In this document: in pieces, positions 50,039-61,207 of the stretch
How the letters are laid out: every line of letters begins with the position of its first letter
How positions within the stretch are numbered: position 1 is the first letter of the stretch
Assembly (NCBI RefSeq): GCF_006345805.1
Contig: NW_021832386.1
Location: 1 to 61,207, forward strand
Direction: 5' to 3'
Origin: Octopus sinensis
Lineage: Eukaryota
Length of the DNA stretch: 61,207 bases
Made by a program: the position numbers and the translations under genes
Notes under the pieces: generated by a model
The model's input: only the letters and a program-made list of their open reading frames with translations
The model's database searches: none
Told to the model about the DNA's origin: nothing

Positions 50039-50880
50039 TAATAATAATAATAGCAATAATAATAATGATGATGATGATGATGGCTTCAATTTTTGTCAAA
50101 AGGGCAACAATTTAAGGTGGGGAGGGAGGAGTTGATTACATCGACCCCAGTTTTCAACTGATACTTATTTTTATCGATCCCAAAAGGATGAAAGACAAAG
50201 TGGAGCTTGACAGAATTTGAACTCAGAATGGAGTGAAGGGCAAAATACCACAAAGCATTTCGTCCAGCATGCTAACGATTCTGCCAGTTCACTGCCTTAT
50301 AATAATAATAATAATAATCCTTTCTATTACAGGAACAAGGCCTGAAATTGGGGGGACGTGGGATGGTCGATTACATCAACCCCAATACTCAACTGGTACT
50401 TAATTAATCGACCCCAAAAGGATGAAAGGTAAAGTCGACCTTGGTGGAATTTGAACTCAAGACATAGTGACAGGCGAAATGCCACTAAGCATTTCATCCA
50501 GTGTGCTAACGATTCTGTCAGTTTGCCACCTTATGTAATAAAAATAAATTATTATAGACAGTTACACAAACACACACAAATAAATAAAAGTTCTTACACT
50601 AAAAAAGAAAACAGACGGTAGTGCCCCAGCATGGCCACAACTGAATGTCTCTGCATCTTTGGAAAGAGAATTAAAATTCAACAAATATTGGTCTTAAATT
50701 TTGGCACAAGGCCAGCAGTTTTGAGGGTGGGGGTGCTCAACTGGTACTTATTTTATTGGCCCCAGGAGGATGAAGAGCAAAGTCAGCCTCGGCAGAATTT
50801 GAACTCAGAATGCAAAGACAGAAGAAATGCCATCAAGAATTTTGTCTGGTGTACTAACCATTCTGCCAGCTTGATACCAT
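48520..50880. mobile_element. Cluster of about 7 SINE family 2 copies in both orientations, several separated by (AAT)n
   Basis: Copies at about 48535-48750(-), 48780-48975(-), 49030-49135(+), 49165-49310(+), 50110-50300(-), 50315-50530(-) and 50700-50880(-). Confidence 0.85.
49610..49920 (+). mobile_element. tRNA-derived SINE sharing its core with the family 3 copy at 720
   Basis: GTGGCTAACTGG (A-box-like), GAGTTCGATTCC (B-box) and CTTGAGCAAGACTCTTTATTTCATATTGTTCCAGTTCACTCAGC. Confidence 0.8.
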
Positions 50881-51629
50881 GGATTCAACAAATATTAAAC
50901 ACATGGCGAGATTTGGAGTAAAAGTTAATTATAACGAACCTAGTATGAGCCAAAGGTAGAGAATGTACATGGTTGGTGTACCTTGCAGAAATAACAGCCA
51001 AATATCCTGCCAACATGGCAAAAGGGAAGAATACATTGAATTACGTAATCCTGTCAGAAACAGAACAAAAAAAAGAAATATCCTTGGGTGTATTATGTCT
51101 AAGAGTAAGACATGGAGGCCACAGATGGAGTGTCTTTCATTATAGGTTCTGTTTGATCAGGGTTGAATTGGTGGAGCAACAACAAGGATGACAATTAAAT
51201 CGAGTAACCACTTATCAATCAGATTCATCAATCAAATAATCATTTATCAATCAGATTCATAATCAATTTAAGTGATATTAATCAGATAAAAATTGATTTC
51301 TTGGGAAGGATTTAAGTGGGAGCTGGAGAGAGGGTGGTGTTTCAGTGCATTACACCAACCCCAGTAGGTAACTGGTATATATTTTACCTGGTTGTAGAAA
51401 ACAAAAAATATTAAGTTGATCCCATAACATAGAGGAATGTAAGAAAATATTAAGAGGCACCCTGGCCGAATGTTCTGTGTTCTGAATCAAAGTAGCTGAC
51501 AAAGAGCTATTCACCAGCATCAATAATCATGTCAAGAGGAGGAAGATGGCCAGAAATTTAGTGGAAATGGATAATGGATAGAGACTACTTTAACCCTTCA
51601 GCATTCACATAATTCTGTCAAAAGTAAGA

Positions 51630-54600
51630 GGTCTCACTCTGAAAGGTAGGTCTGGTGAGATAGTCGAGATGCTTGAACGGAGATGTGTGGATATATGTTG
51701 CATGCAAGAAATAAGGTGGAGAGGAGGATCAGCTAGGTTCCTCACAGGCAAGGAACGCAGGTACAAGATTTTCTGGGCAGGGAACACTGACGGGGTTGGT
51801 GGCGTGGGTATACTTATCGCTGAGAAATGGGTAGATAAAGTAATTGAGGTAATCAGAGTATGTGACAGAATACTTAAGATTAGATTAGTGCTTCATCATA
51901 GTTTAGCAACCATTATATCAGCCTATGCTCCTCAGTCGGGGCTACCCGATGGACAGAAAGACCGATTCTATGACACTCTACTGCAGACTACCTACCTCGT
52001 TGACGAACGACAGAGACCTTATCTTTGTGGCTGGTGACTTCAATGGTCACATTGGACGACATGCTGGGGGCTTCCATGGCATACATGGAGGCTATGGCTA
52101 TGGCTCCCGCAACGAGGAGGGAACCAGGCTGCTGGAGTTCTGCGATGCAAATAATCTTATGATTTGCAACACTAACTTCAGGAAACCTACCAGCCACCTA
52201 GTCACTTACCAATCGGGCCAACATACCAGCCAAATTGACTACATCCTTACAAGGCAAAGGGAGAGATGGCTGCTTATAAATGCCAAAACCTTCCCAGGTG
52301 AAGAATGTACCCCACAACATAGACTGGTAGTTAGTGACTTTAGGATCAGGACTAGGAGGACAACCAGAAGACGACAAATATGGAGAAGAAGGATCTGGAA
52401 GCTTAAAGATCCTGCAAATGGACAGAGATTTAGGGACATATTACTTGAAGCCTCTGACGAAGTAGAAGGGGATAGAGCATCACAGGGGGTAGAAGACAGC
52501 TGGACGTTTCTAAGGGACAACCTGCTGAGAGCCACTGACCAGATCTGTGGCTGGTGCAAAGTCCCCTCTCGACCTAGAATAACGTGGTGGTGGAACAATA
52601 TTGTAGACAGGGCTATTAGAGAAAAGAGACAGGCTTGGAAGGTCTGGAAAAATGGGGGTAGCAGGGGATTGTATCAGACTGCCAAAAGAGAAGCTAGGAG
52701 ACAGGTTTATTTAGCCAGAGGGGAAGCAGATAAGAAAAAATTTGCCAATGTTCTGCGCCGTGAGGACCAAAGACTGGAGGTGTTTCGTGTTGCAAGACAG
52801 TGTGTGAGAGAGAATCGTGATGTGGTAGGAGAGAAGTGTGTTCGCATGGAAGATGGTTCACTTGCGCTAAATGAGGATGCAAAGAGAGAGGTTTGGAGAT
52901 GCCACTATGAAAGGTTGCTGAATGAAGAAAATGATGGGATAGAGAGTCTGCCGAATGTTGACCCAACAGAGGGACCAGCTATCCGAGTTGATAGTTCCGT
53001 GGTAGCTAAGGCAATTAGAAGCATGAAGACAGGGAAAGCCCCAGGCCCATCAGGAATCACTGCAGAGATGCTCAAAATGTCTGGTAGTGTCGGCTATAGC
53101 CTAGTCACCCGTATAGTTAATCAGGTGATACACAAAGGGGTCATACCCAATGACTGGTGTAGCAGTATAATAGTCAACTATTATACTGGTAAAGGTGATG
53201 CCCTAGATACAAATAACTACAGAGGTATCAAGCTGTTGGACCAGGTGATGAAGGTTACGGAGAGGGTCATAGCCCAACTAATTAGAGAGAGAGTTAGTTT
53301 AGATGAGATGCAGTTTGGGTTTGTGCCAGGGAAAAGTACTACTGATGCTATATTCCTGGTAAGGCAGCTGCAGGAGAAATACCTAGCCAAAGATAAGCCC
53401 CTGTACCTGGCTTTTGTTGACATGGAGAAAGCCTTCGACAGGGTCCCCCGATCCCTTATCTGGTGGGCAATGAGGAAACTAGGGATAGATGAATGGTTAG
53501 TGAGAGCTGTGCGGGCCATGTACAGGGACGCCGCTAGTAGGGTGAGGGTTGGAAATGTGTACAGTGAAGAATTCCGGGTAGAGGTAGGAGTCCACCAAGG
53601 CTCAGTACTCAGCCCCCTCCTATTTATCATAGTCCTCCAGGCAATAACGGAGGAATTCAAGACAGGATGCCCTTGGGAGCTCCTCTATGCTGATGACCTT
53701 GCTCTAATTGCTGAGTCGCTATCAGAACTGGAGGAGAAGTTCCAGGTGTGGAAACAAGGATTAGAATCGAAGGGCCTTATAGTCAATCTAGCTAAAACCA
53801 AAGTCGTAATCAGTAGGAAGGTAGACAAATCACAAACACCTTCAGGTAGATGGCCCTGCTCAATCTGTAGAAAAGGTGTAGGTAGAAACTCTATAAGATG
53901 CACCAAGTGTAAGCTATGGACACATAAGAGATGCAGCAATGTCAAAGGAAGGCTAACTAGGAAGATGGTTTTTGTATGTGGCAGATGCTCAGGAACAATA
54001 AACACTGAAAATGCTCTGAGACCAACTTCCGTCACTTTCCAGGGAAAAACTAGAAATAGTTGATAGTTTCCGTTACCTAGGTGACCAAGTCAGCAGCGGG
54101 GGCGGGTGTGCTGAAAGTGTAACTGCTAGAGTAAGAATAGCTTGGGCAAAGTTCAGAGAGCTCTTACTACTCTGCTGGTGACAAAAGGCCTCTCGCACAG
54201 AGTGAAAGGCAGACTGTATGATGCGTGTGTACGAACAGCCATGCTACATGGCAGTGAAACATGGGCCGTGACTGCTGAGGATATGCGTAAGCTCGCTAGA
54301 AATGAAGCCAGTATGCTCCGATGGATGTGTAATGCCGGTACTCACACTCGGCAGAGTGTAAGTACCTTGAGAGAAAAGCTGGACCTAAGAAGCATCAGTT
54401 GTGGTGTGCAAGAGAGACGTTTGCGCTGGTATGGTCATGTGGCGAGAATGGATGAAGATAGTTGGTGAAAAAGTGCCACACCCTAGCGGTTGAGGGAACC
54501 TGTGGAAGAAGCAGACCCAGGAAAACCTGGGACGAGGTGGTGAAGCACGACCTTCGAACTTTAGGTCTCACTGAGGAAATGACTAGAGACCGAGACCTCT

Positions 54601-55236
54601 GGAAGTGTGCTGTGCGCGAGAAGACCCGCAGGACAAGTGAGTCCATAACCCGTGGCCTTCTACATGGGATGGAGCCAGCCTACGTATGCATACCTTCCCT
54701 TCTTGGGACACAAAACTCTACTTGTGAAGACGTGATGAGGCAAGTGAGGATCAAATCGAAATCGATCAATGGAAATTGCGGATGTGCTACCAGTGCCGGT
54801 GGCATGTCAAAACTCTCTGCTGTGAAGACCCGTTGAGGCAAGTGACGATCAGAATCGAAATCGATCAATGGAAATTGCAGATGTGTTACCAGTGCCGGTG
54901 GCATGTAAGAGAACTTTCCGTTTCGCGACCGTTGCCAGCACCGCCCCGTTTCGTGTCCGTTGCCAGCCTCGCTGGCCCTCGTGCCGGTGGCACATAAAAA
55001 GCACCATCCGTTCGTGGCCGTTTGCCAGCTCTGTCTGGCACCAGTGTGGGTGGCACGTAAAAAGCACCCACTACACTCACGGAGTGGTTGGCGTTAGGAA
55101 GGGCATCCAGCCGTAGAAACACTGCCAGATTTGACTGGGCCTGATGAAGCCTTCTGGCTTCACAGACCCCAGTAGAACCGTCCAACCCATGCAAGCATGG
55201 AAAACGGACGCTAAACGATGATGATGATGATGATGA
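51630..55236 (+). mobile_element. Near full-length RTE-clade LINE (APE, RT and PHD finger) with few lesions and a (GAT)n tail
   Basis: TLKGRSGEIVEMLERRCVDICCMQEIRW, AGDFNGHIG, SQIDYIL, PQHRLVVSDF, NYRGIKLL, FVDMEKAFDRVP, GVHQGSVLSPLLF, LYADDL and MLHGSETW. Frameshifts near 51990, 54050 and 54140, and a stop near 54466. Confidence 0.95.
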
Positions 55237-55431
55237 TTGTTTTGAATTAACACGTTAACTACCACAGCCTATAACTGGAACTCACCAGTAATGCTTCGTA
55301 TTTCGTGCATTATTGCTCTCTGCGCAATATTACAGTATTTCATAATTAAACTTCAATGTTTAGCACCCGTGATATTTAATATTTAATATTTAGCATTTGT
55401 GTTATTTGAATATCCTTGAAACCATGTCATA

Positions 55432-55600
55432 GACGCAGGTATGGCCGTGTGATAAGATGCTTGCTTCCCAACCACATGGTTCCAGGTTCAATCCCACTAC
55501 ATGGTACGTTGGGCAAGTGTCTTTCAATATAGCCTCAGGCTGACTTGTGAGTGGATTTGGTAGACAGAAACTGAAAGAAGCCCTGTCGTGTGTGTGCGTG
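55432..55600 (+). mobile_element. SINE family 1, 5' part, inside the inner TTAA element
   Basis: GCAGGTATGGCCGTGTGATAAGATGCTTGCTTCCCAACCACATGGTTCCAGGTTCAATCCCAC. Confidence 0.8.
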
Positions 55601-55828
55601 TGTGTGTGTTTGTATGTATGTATGAATGTATGTATGTATGTATATACATACATATCTGCAGTAAATCATAAATCCAAGGGAGAAGCACACTCTAAGAGCG
55701 GGACACAGGCCAACAGGTTTTAGAGTCTGAAGAAATGGTGTAAAGCTAAGCACTTTATGAATGTGAGACCCACGGCAACCCCATAGACCAGCCATATCTA
55801 TCTTTATCTATATATGTTTATATATATA

Positions 55829-55911
<83 letters not shown>

Positions 55912-55924
55912 TGTGTGTGTATAG

Positions 55925-56140
55925 GCACAGGCATGATGGCTGTCTGGTAAGAAGCTTGCTTCCCAACAACATGGTTCTGGGTTCGTCCCACTGCATAGCA
56001 CCTTGGGCAAGTGTCTCCTGCTATAGCCTTCGGCTGACCAAAGCCTTGTGAGTCGATATGGTACATGGAAACTGAAAGAAGCCCATCACATATGTGTGTG
56101 TATGTGCATATTTCTATGTGTCTTTGTGTCTGTGTTTGTC
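55925..56140 (+). mobile_element. SINE family 1, 5' part, second copy inside the inner TTAA element
   Basis: ACAGGCATGATGGCTGTCTGGTAAGAAGCTTGCTTCCCAACAACATGGTTCTGGGTTCGTCCCAC. Confidence 0.8.
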
Positions 56141-56589
56141 TAAAACCCACCACCCCATCACCACGTGTGGTGGTTAACGTGTTAATCATACGTTGTTTTG
56201 TAGCTTTTGAATTTTGATGAGGAAACAGTTAACTTTTAGATTAATATTGTAGGGTTGGTGTGAGAGTCCAGATCTGGTCAGTATGAACAGTAGAACACTT
56301 TGGCCAGATATGGTCAGTTGAAATGCTAAAGGGTTAAATGACACTCAAGTACTTGACCGGTACTAATTAACAGTATGGATGTAAACGGCAATGTTGGTTC
56401 TGGCACGATTTGAACTCAGGCCAGATATTAGCATGATAAAACACCACAAGACATATTGTCCACAGCTCCAAAAATTCTGCCATACATTTATCTTCTCCAT
56501 TTAACATCCATGTTTCTTGCTGACATGGGTCAGATGGTCAGACAGGAATTGATGAATTAAAAGAGTGCCTCATGGTCCAGTGTCTGTTT

Positions 56590-56770
56590 TGGCATGTCTT
56601 CTACAGCTGGATGCCCTTCCTAATGCCAACCACTTTACAGAGTGGACTAGGTGTTTTTACATGGCACCAACACTAGTGAGGTGTGCCTTGGCATGGTCTT
56701 TATGGCTGAATGCCCCACCTAATGCCAACCACTTTATAGAGTGGACTGGATGCTTTTTGCATGGAACTGA
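56590..56770 (-). repeat. Tandem fragments of the motif found in the RTE 3' region
   Basis: GCTGGATGCCCTTCCTAATGCCAACCACT occurs twice in related form and is close to the reverse complement of GTGGTTGGCGTTAGGAAGGGCATCCAGC at about 55085. Confidence 0.75.
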
Positions 56771-57150
56771 CATAAGTGAATGCTTTCCAACTTGCAGGTA
56801 TCCCCTATAACTAGGGAGGGCGGGAATTATCCAATGTAATAACCCTTTCTATTATAGGCACAAAGCTTGAAATTTCTATCCAGGACAGTGAGCTCTGATA
56901 ACCTCAACTCCAATGTTCAACTAGTAATTATTGTATCGACTCAAAATGAAGAAAGGCAAAGTCAACCACAATGGAATTTGAACTCACAATTGTTAAGCCA
57001 GATAAAATGCCAAGAACCATTTTGTCTGGTGGTGTTAAAAATTCTGCCACTAATTATAAGGAAAATAAGATGAAAACTGAAAAATATATGAAAAAATAAA
57101 TTCCTTTTTGCCTCTTAAAATATTTAGCTTTACGTATTTTTCGATTCATA

Positions 57151-57196
<46 letters not shown>

Positions 57197-57414
57197 GGCA
57201 GACAGATAGATAGATATATATACATTAATACATATATATATATATGCACACATATACATAAATTTGTATACATACATTTTATATATATATATACAGTTAA
57301 TTAGAGGAAGTTATATCCTCATGAGTGATTACATAATCCAAGGTGTTCAACTGGTTTAATCCCAAAAATATAATGTGAAAGTCATTGGCATAGGTTAGGG
57401 ATTATTGAAATTAT

Positions 57415-57802
57415 CAATATGGGGGGGGGGCAAGAAGAAGAAAATGGAGAAGAAATGGATGTATGGAGAATTTATTTGTATGTTACAAAAAGACGATTCT
57501 TTTCAAAAACATAACAGTACAAATAAATTGATTCCAGGTTGAAAAGCTAAAAAAATATAATAAAATAAAGGAACCTACATATATGTTTCAGTCCTGTCAC
57601 CTACATGATCAGAATTTCTAAGCATTTGGTTAAATGTTACAAAAGGTACCATATTCTAACTATATGGGGGTGGAACTTCTTCTGGGCTAATAGAGAGCCC
57701 GTGGGACTTAGGTAATCATTTTTCTTTTGAAGGATGCATAAAGCATTTGTGGGTAGAAAAAGTTAAAAGCTATATATAGTAAGTGCATTTGACTGATGGG
57801 TG

Positions 57803-57866
<64 letters not shown>

Positions 57867-58239
57867 TGGTTATAAGATCATATATTAAATTAATAATAAT
57901 ATATTAAGGGAGCAATAATTTTTAAATTTTAATTTAAATTTTTATGCATACTTTATTTGTTTGTTTTATAATTATAATATATATTATATTTATTAATTCA
58001 TAAATGAACATAAGGATAAAAATCATGTTAATGATTTTTATCAGGTAGTCTGCATGCTATAAAAATGTATAGGTAATTAATACATTAAATTAATAATAAT
58101 ATACATAATTATATTAAGGGAGCAAGAGCGAAAACAACCTGCTGGAGATAGGTCATTTTTAGCCTTGCTCCCTTAATATATAATATTAATTTAATATATT
58201 ATCTTATACCCACTAATATATTATATATATATATAATAT

Positions 58240-58275
<36 letters not shown>

Positions 58276-58680
58276 TATGGATATATATATATATAACACC
58301 CATCAGTCAAATGCACTTACTATATATAGCTTTTGACTTTTTCTACCCACAAATGCTTTATGCATCCTTCAAAAGAAAATGATTACCTAAGTCCACGGGC
58401 TCTCTATTAGCCCAGAAGAGTTCCACCCCCATATAGTTAGAATATGTACCTTTTGTAACATTTAACCAAATGCTTAGAAATTCTGATCATGTAGGTGACA
58501 GACTGAAACATATATGTAGGTTCCTTTATTTTATTATATTTTTTTAGCTTTTCAACCTGGAATCAATTTATTTGTACTGTTATGTTTTTGAAAAGAATCT
58601 TTCGTCTTTTTGTAACATACAAATAAATTCTCCATACATCCATTTCCTTTCCATTTTTTCTGGGTTTTCCCCCAATATAT
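57415..58680. repeat. Large inverted repeat: arms of about 500 bp (57415-57915 and 58165-58680) with a spacer of about 250 bp
   Basis: Continuous reverse-complement match between the arms, including the internal (TA)n. Confidence 0.93.
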
Positions 58681-59329
58681 ATATATATATATATATATAA
58701 TATGCATACATATATATATATAAAATATACATACAAACAGATATGTATATAGATGTATACACATATAGATATATATATGTGTATATATATCTATATACAC
58801 ATATATAGATATATACATACATATATATATATATATACACATATATAGATATATACATATATATATATATACACATATATAGATATATATACATACATAT
58901 ATACACATATATAGATATATACATACATATATATACACACACATATATAGATATATATACATACAGATATATATATATATATATACATATACAGATATGT
59001 ATATACATACATATACAGATATATATATCTAGAGAGAGAGATATACATACATATAGATATGAACATACATACATGAATGTATGTGTGTGTGTGTGTGTAT
59101 ATACACTTACATATACATACATATATAGATTATATTTTTCTTTATGTTTCCTCTTGTGTATTTCTTTCCTTTCTTGTCAGAGTTGAAATTCAAATTAAAG
59201 GAATGTTGTAAGTCTCAGTTTGACAATATTTAATGTGTGTGTGTGTGTGTGTGTGTGTGTGTTGTTTTCACATCAGGTGACAGTTGTAAACAAGCATCAC
59301 CATCATACAAGCAGTGTCCTTCATTTCAC

Positions 59330-59495
59330 ATCTTCTGTGAAAACGTCTTTGAGCACAGGGAAATATTCCCTTGCTCAGAAACAAATGAAGGTGGGTGGTA
59401 GGGAGAGCATCCAGCCATAGAATATCAACCTCAATGAATTCCATCTAAACCCATGCAAACATGGAGAAAGTGGATGAAGATGATGATGATGTTAT
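59330..59495 (+). mobile_element. Short SINE-like or non-autonomous copy sharing the RTE 3' tail
   Basis: GGTAGGGAGAGCATCCAGCC...AACCCATGCAAACATGGAGAAAGTGGATGAAGATGATGATG compared with the RTE end AACCCATGCAAGCATGGAAAACGGACGCTAAACGATGATG. Confidence 0.7.
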
Positions 59496-60041
59496 GCTTT
59501 GGAAGGGTCATGCTGCCAACAGACACATGCATTAGTTATGGTTCACTTCAATTTTAGTTCTAATCATAAAAAATTGTTTTTCATAACTCATCTGTGATCT
59601 TTCCATTGATTTCCATTTGGAAAATTTCCGGTGATATAGCTAAAATTGAAGTAAATTACAGCTGGTGTGCATGTGTGTGATTATTGGCAATGTGACCTTC
59701 CCAAATAGTAACATAATTAGTTTCAACACAGCTCTGGAATGAAATAGATGACTGTGTGCATGTGTATTTATATATGTGTGTGTGCATGTATGTGTGTATA
59801 TATGTATATATATAATAATATAAATAATATATATATATATGAATATATACATACATACATGTACATACATATATACATGTGTGTGTGCAAATATATATGT
59901 ATGCTAGTGTGTGCATGTGTGTATATATGTATATATGTGTATGCATATATATATATATATATGCATATAAATAATATATATATATGCATATATATATACA
60001 TACTTGTACATACTTACATATATATGAATATACACATATAC

Positions 60042-60081
<40 letters not shown>

Positions 60082-60491
60082 CAAGTTCTCGAGCATTTCA
60101 CAATCACAACTCTGATCTTGGAAACTAGGAAACAGCATCTCTTATGATGGTTGTGGTGATTACAATGACAGTGGCAGCAATGATGAACATGATGGTGATG
60201 ATGATGATGAGGAGGAGGAGGAGGAGGAGGAGGATGGTGGTGATCACCGTTGTCATGGAGATGGTTATGGTGATGATGATGATGATGATGATGTGCAAAG
60301 ATCAAAAAAGGTTCAATTTGAGATGTCCATTGTATTTGAACCAACAGCAGTTTGTAATTTATACTGAGAGATGTGTGTATGCATATACACACACACACAC
60401 ACACACATATATATACATATATAGATACACAAATATATATATATATAATATATATACATACACACACAAATTTATATACAGATGTATACAT

Positions 60492-60696
60492 TACGTTGGT
60501 GCATAATTATTGCGGTTTTTTTTCAACAAATTTTATTCAACAAAAACAATAACAACATGTAAAAAAAACATCTTTAAATGATTATTCCGGTGGATATTCA
60601 CCATCCACCTCAGATACTGCTTCCCGCTTGCTTGGCAGACGGTCGGAATAATCATTTATTCAAAAAAAGCCGCAAAGATTATGCACCAACCCAATA
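60492..60696. mobile_element. Mariner-derived MITE, uninterrupted sister of the 47181-47758 copy
   Basis: GTTGGTGCATAATTATTGCGG...GCCGCAAAGATTATGCACCAACCCAATA. The internal minus strand reads RLPSKREAVSEVDGEYPPE*, resembling a mariner C-terminus. Confidence 0.88.
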
Positions 60697-60964
60697 TATC
60701 TCTCTCTCTATATATATATACATATATATAGAGAGAGATGTATATTGTGTGTGTGAGTGTGTGTGTGTGTGTGTGTGAGAGAGTGTGTGAGTGTGTGTGT
60801 GTGTGTGGTGTGTGTGTGTGTTATGTTGGAGGTTTGGTGAGGGCTTCTCTTGTGATGACTGTGACAGACATTGGCTTGAGATAGAAATAACTGGAATATT
60901 GTCCAACAAAAGACAACTGGTAACCTTGGTGGGTGAATCTGGAAGAGAAATGAGGGACACGTTA

Positions 60965-61207
60965 AGTGGTGGTGGTGGTCGTAATGGTGGTGGTGGTAGT
61001 GATTGTGGTGGTGGTTGGTGGTGGTGGTGGTAGTGGTGGTGGAAGTTGTAGTGGTGGTGGTGGTGGTGGTGGTGAGGGTGGTTTGTGGTGGTGGTGGTGG
61101 TGGTGGTGGTAGTGGTGGTGGTGGTTGTGGTGGTGTTGGTGTGGGTGGTAGTGGTGGTGGTGGTGGTGGTGGTGGTGGTGGTAGTGGTGGTGGAAGTTGT
61201 AGTGGTG
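60965..61207. repeat. (GGT)n-rich microsatellite running off the window end
   Basis: Directly visible in the sequence. Confidence 0.95.

Larger units (their letters stand above)
55251..56181. mobile_element. Inner TTAA-flanked non-autonomous element (931 bp)
   Basis: TTAA at 55247-55250 and 56182-56185; TIRs CACGTTAACTACCACA and TGTGGTGGTTAACGTG match at 15 of 16 positions. Confidence 0.88.
51594..56333. mobile_element. Outer TTAA-flanked piggyBac-type MITE, split by nested insertions
   Basis: TTAA (51590-51593) + CCCTTCAGCATT ... AATGCTAAAGGG (56322-56333) + TTAA (56334-56337); the TIRs match at 11 of 12 positions. Confidence 0.7.

Noticed and set aside
48520-50880. CRISPR-like or regularly spaced repeat array
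   Set aside because: The units are 150-230-bp SINEs in mixed orientation with irregular spacing, in a eukaryotic context with no cas genes.
55141-55165. CTGATGA followed by the hairpin AGCC-TTCT-GGCT
   Set aside because: No GAAA follows stem II; it is part of the RTE 3' region.

Overview
This is eukaryotic, AT-rich DNA saturated with microsatellites and transposable elements. The SINE/LINE repertoire and the dense (TA)n, (CA)n, (GATA)n, (TACA)n and (AAT)n tracts most resemble a coleoid cephalopod (octopus-like) genome; that assignment is pattern recognition, not a database result. I found no confident host protein-coding gene, rRNA, true tRNA or CRISPR array, and most ORFs in the supplied track are microsatellite artefacts. 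Supported elements: a near full-length CR1-clade LINE (20.3-24.1 kb), a near full-length RTE-clade LINE with a PHD finger (51.6-55.2 kb), further CR1, RTE, R4/Dong-like (RLE) and Penelope fragments, mariner relics and MITEs, TTAA-flanked piggyBac-type non-autonomous elements, and many tRNA-derived SINEs. I see no clearly new biological system. The leads most worth checking are: (1) a multi-level nest of TTAA elements at 51.6-56.3 kb; (2) a Penelope-type minimal hammerhead ribozyme relic at 17.8 kb; (3) an R4 endonuclease split at its RPD motif by two fused CR1 fragments; (4) LINE-SINE shared 3' stem-loops with visible covariation; (5) a CR1 ORF1 with Myb/SANT-like and CCCH motifs; (6) a 135-bp hairpin at 43.1 kb; (7) a CCAAT/TATA/CArG promoter-like island at 46.1 kb; (8) an orphan ORF at 14.1-14.5 kb; (9) a 1.3-kb palindrome that may be an assembly artefact. 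Element boundaries were read by eye and may be off by tens of bases unless a TIR or TSD is quoted.
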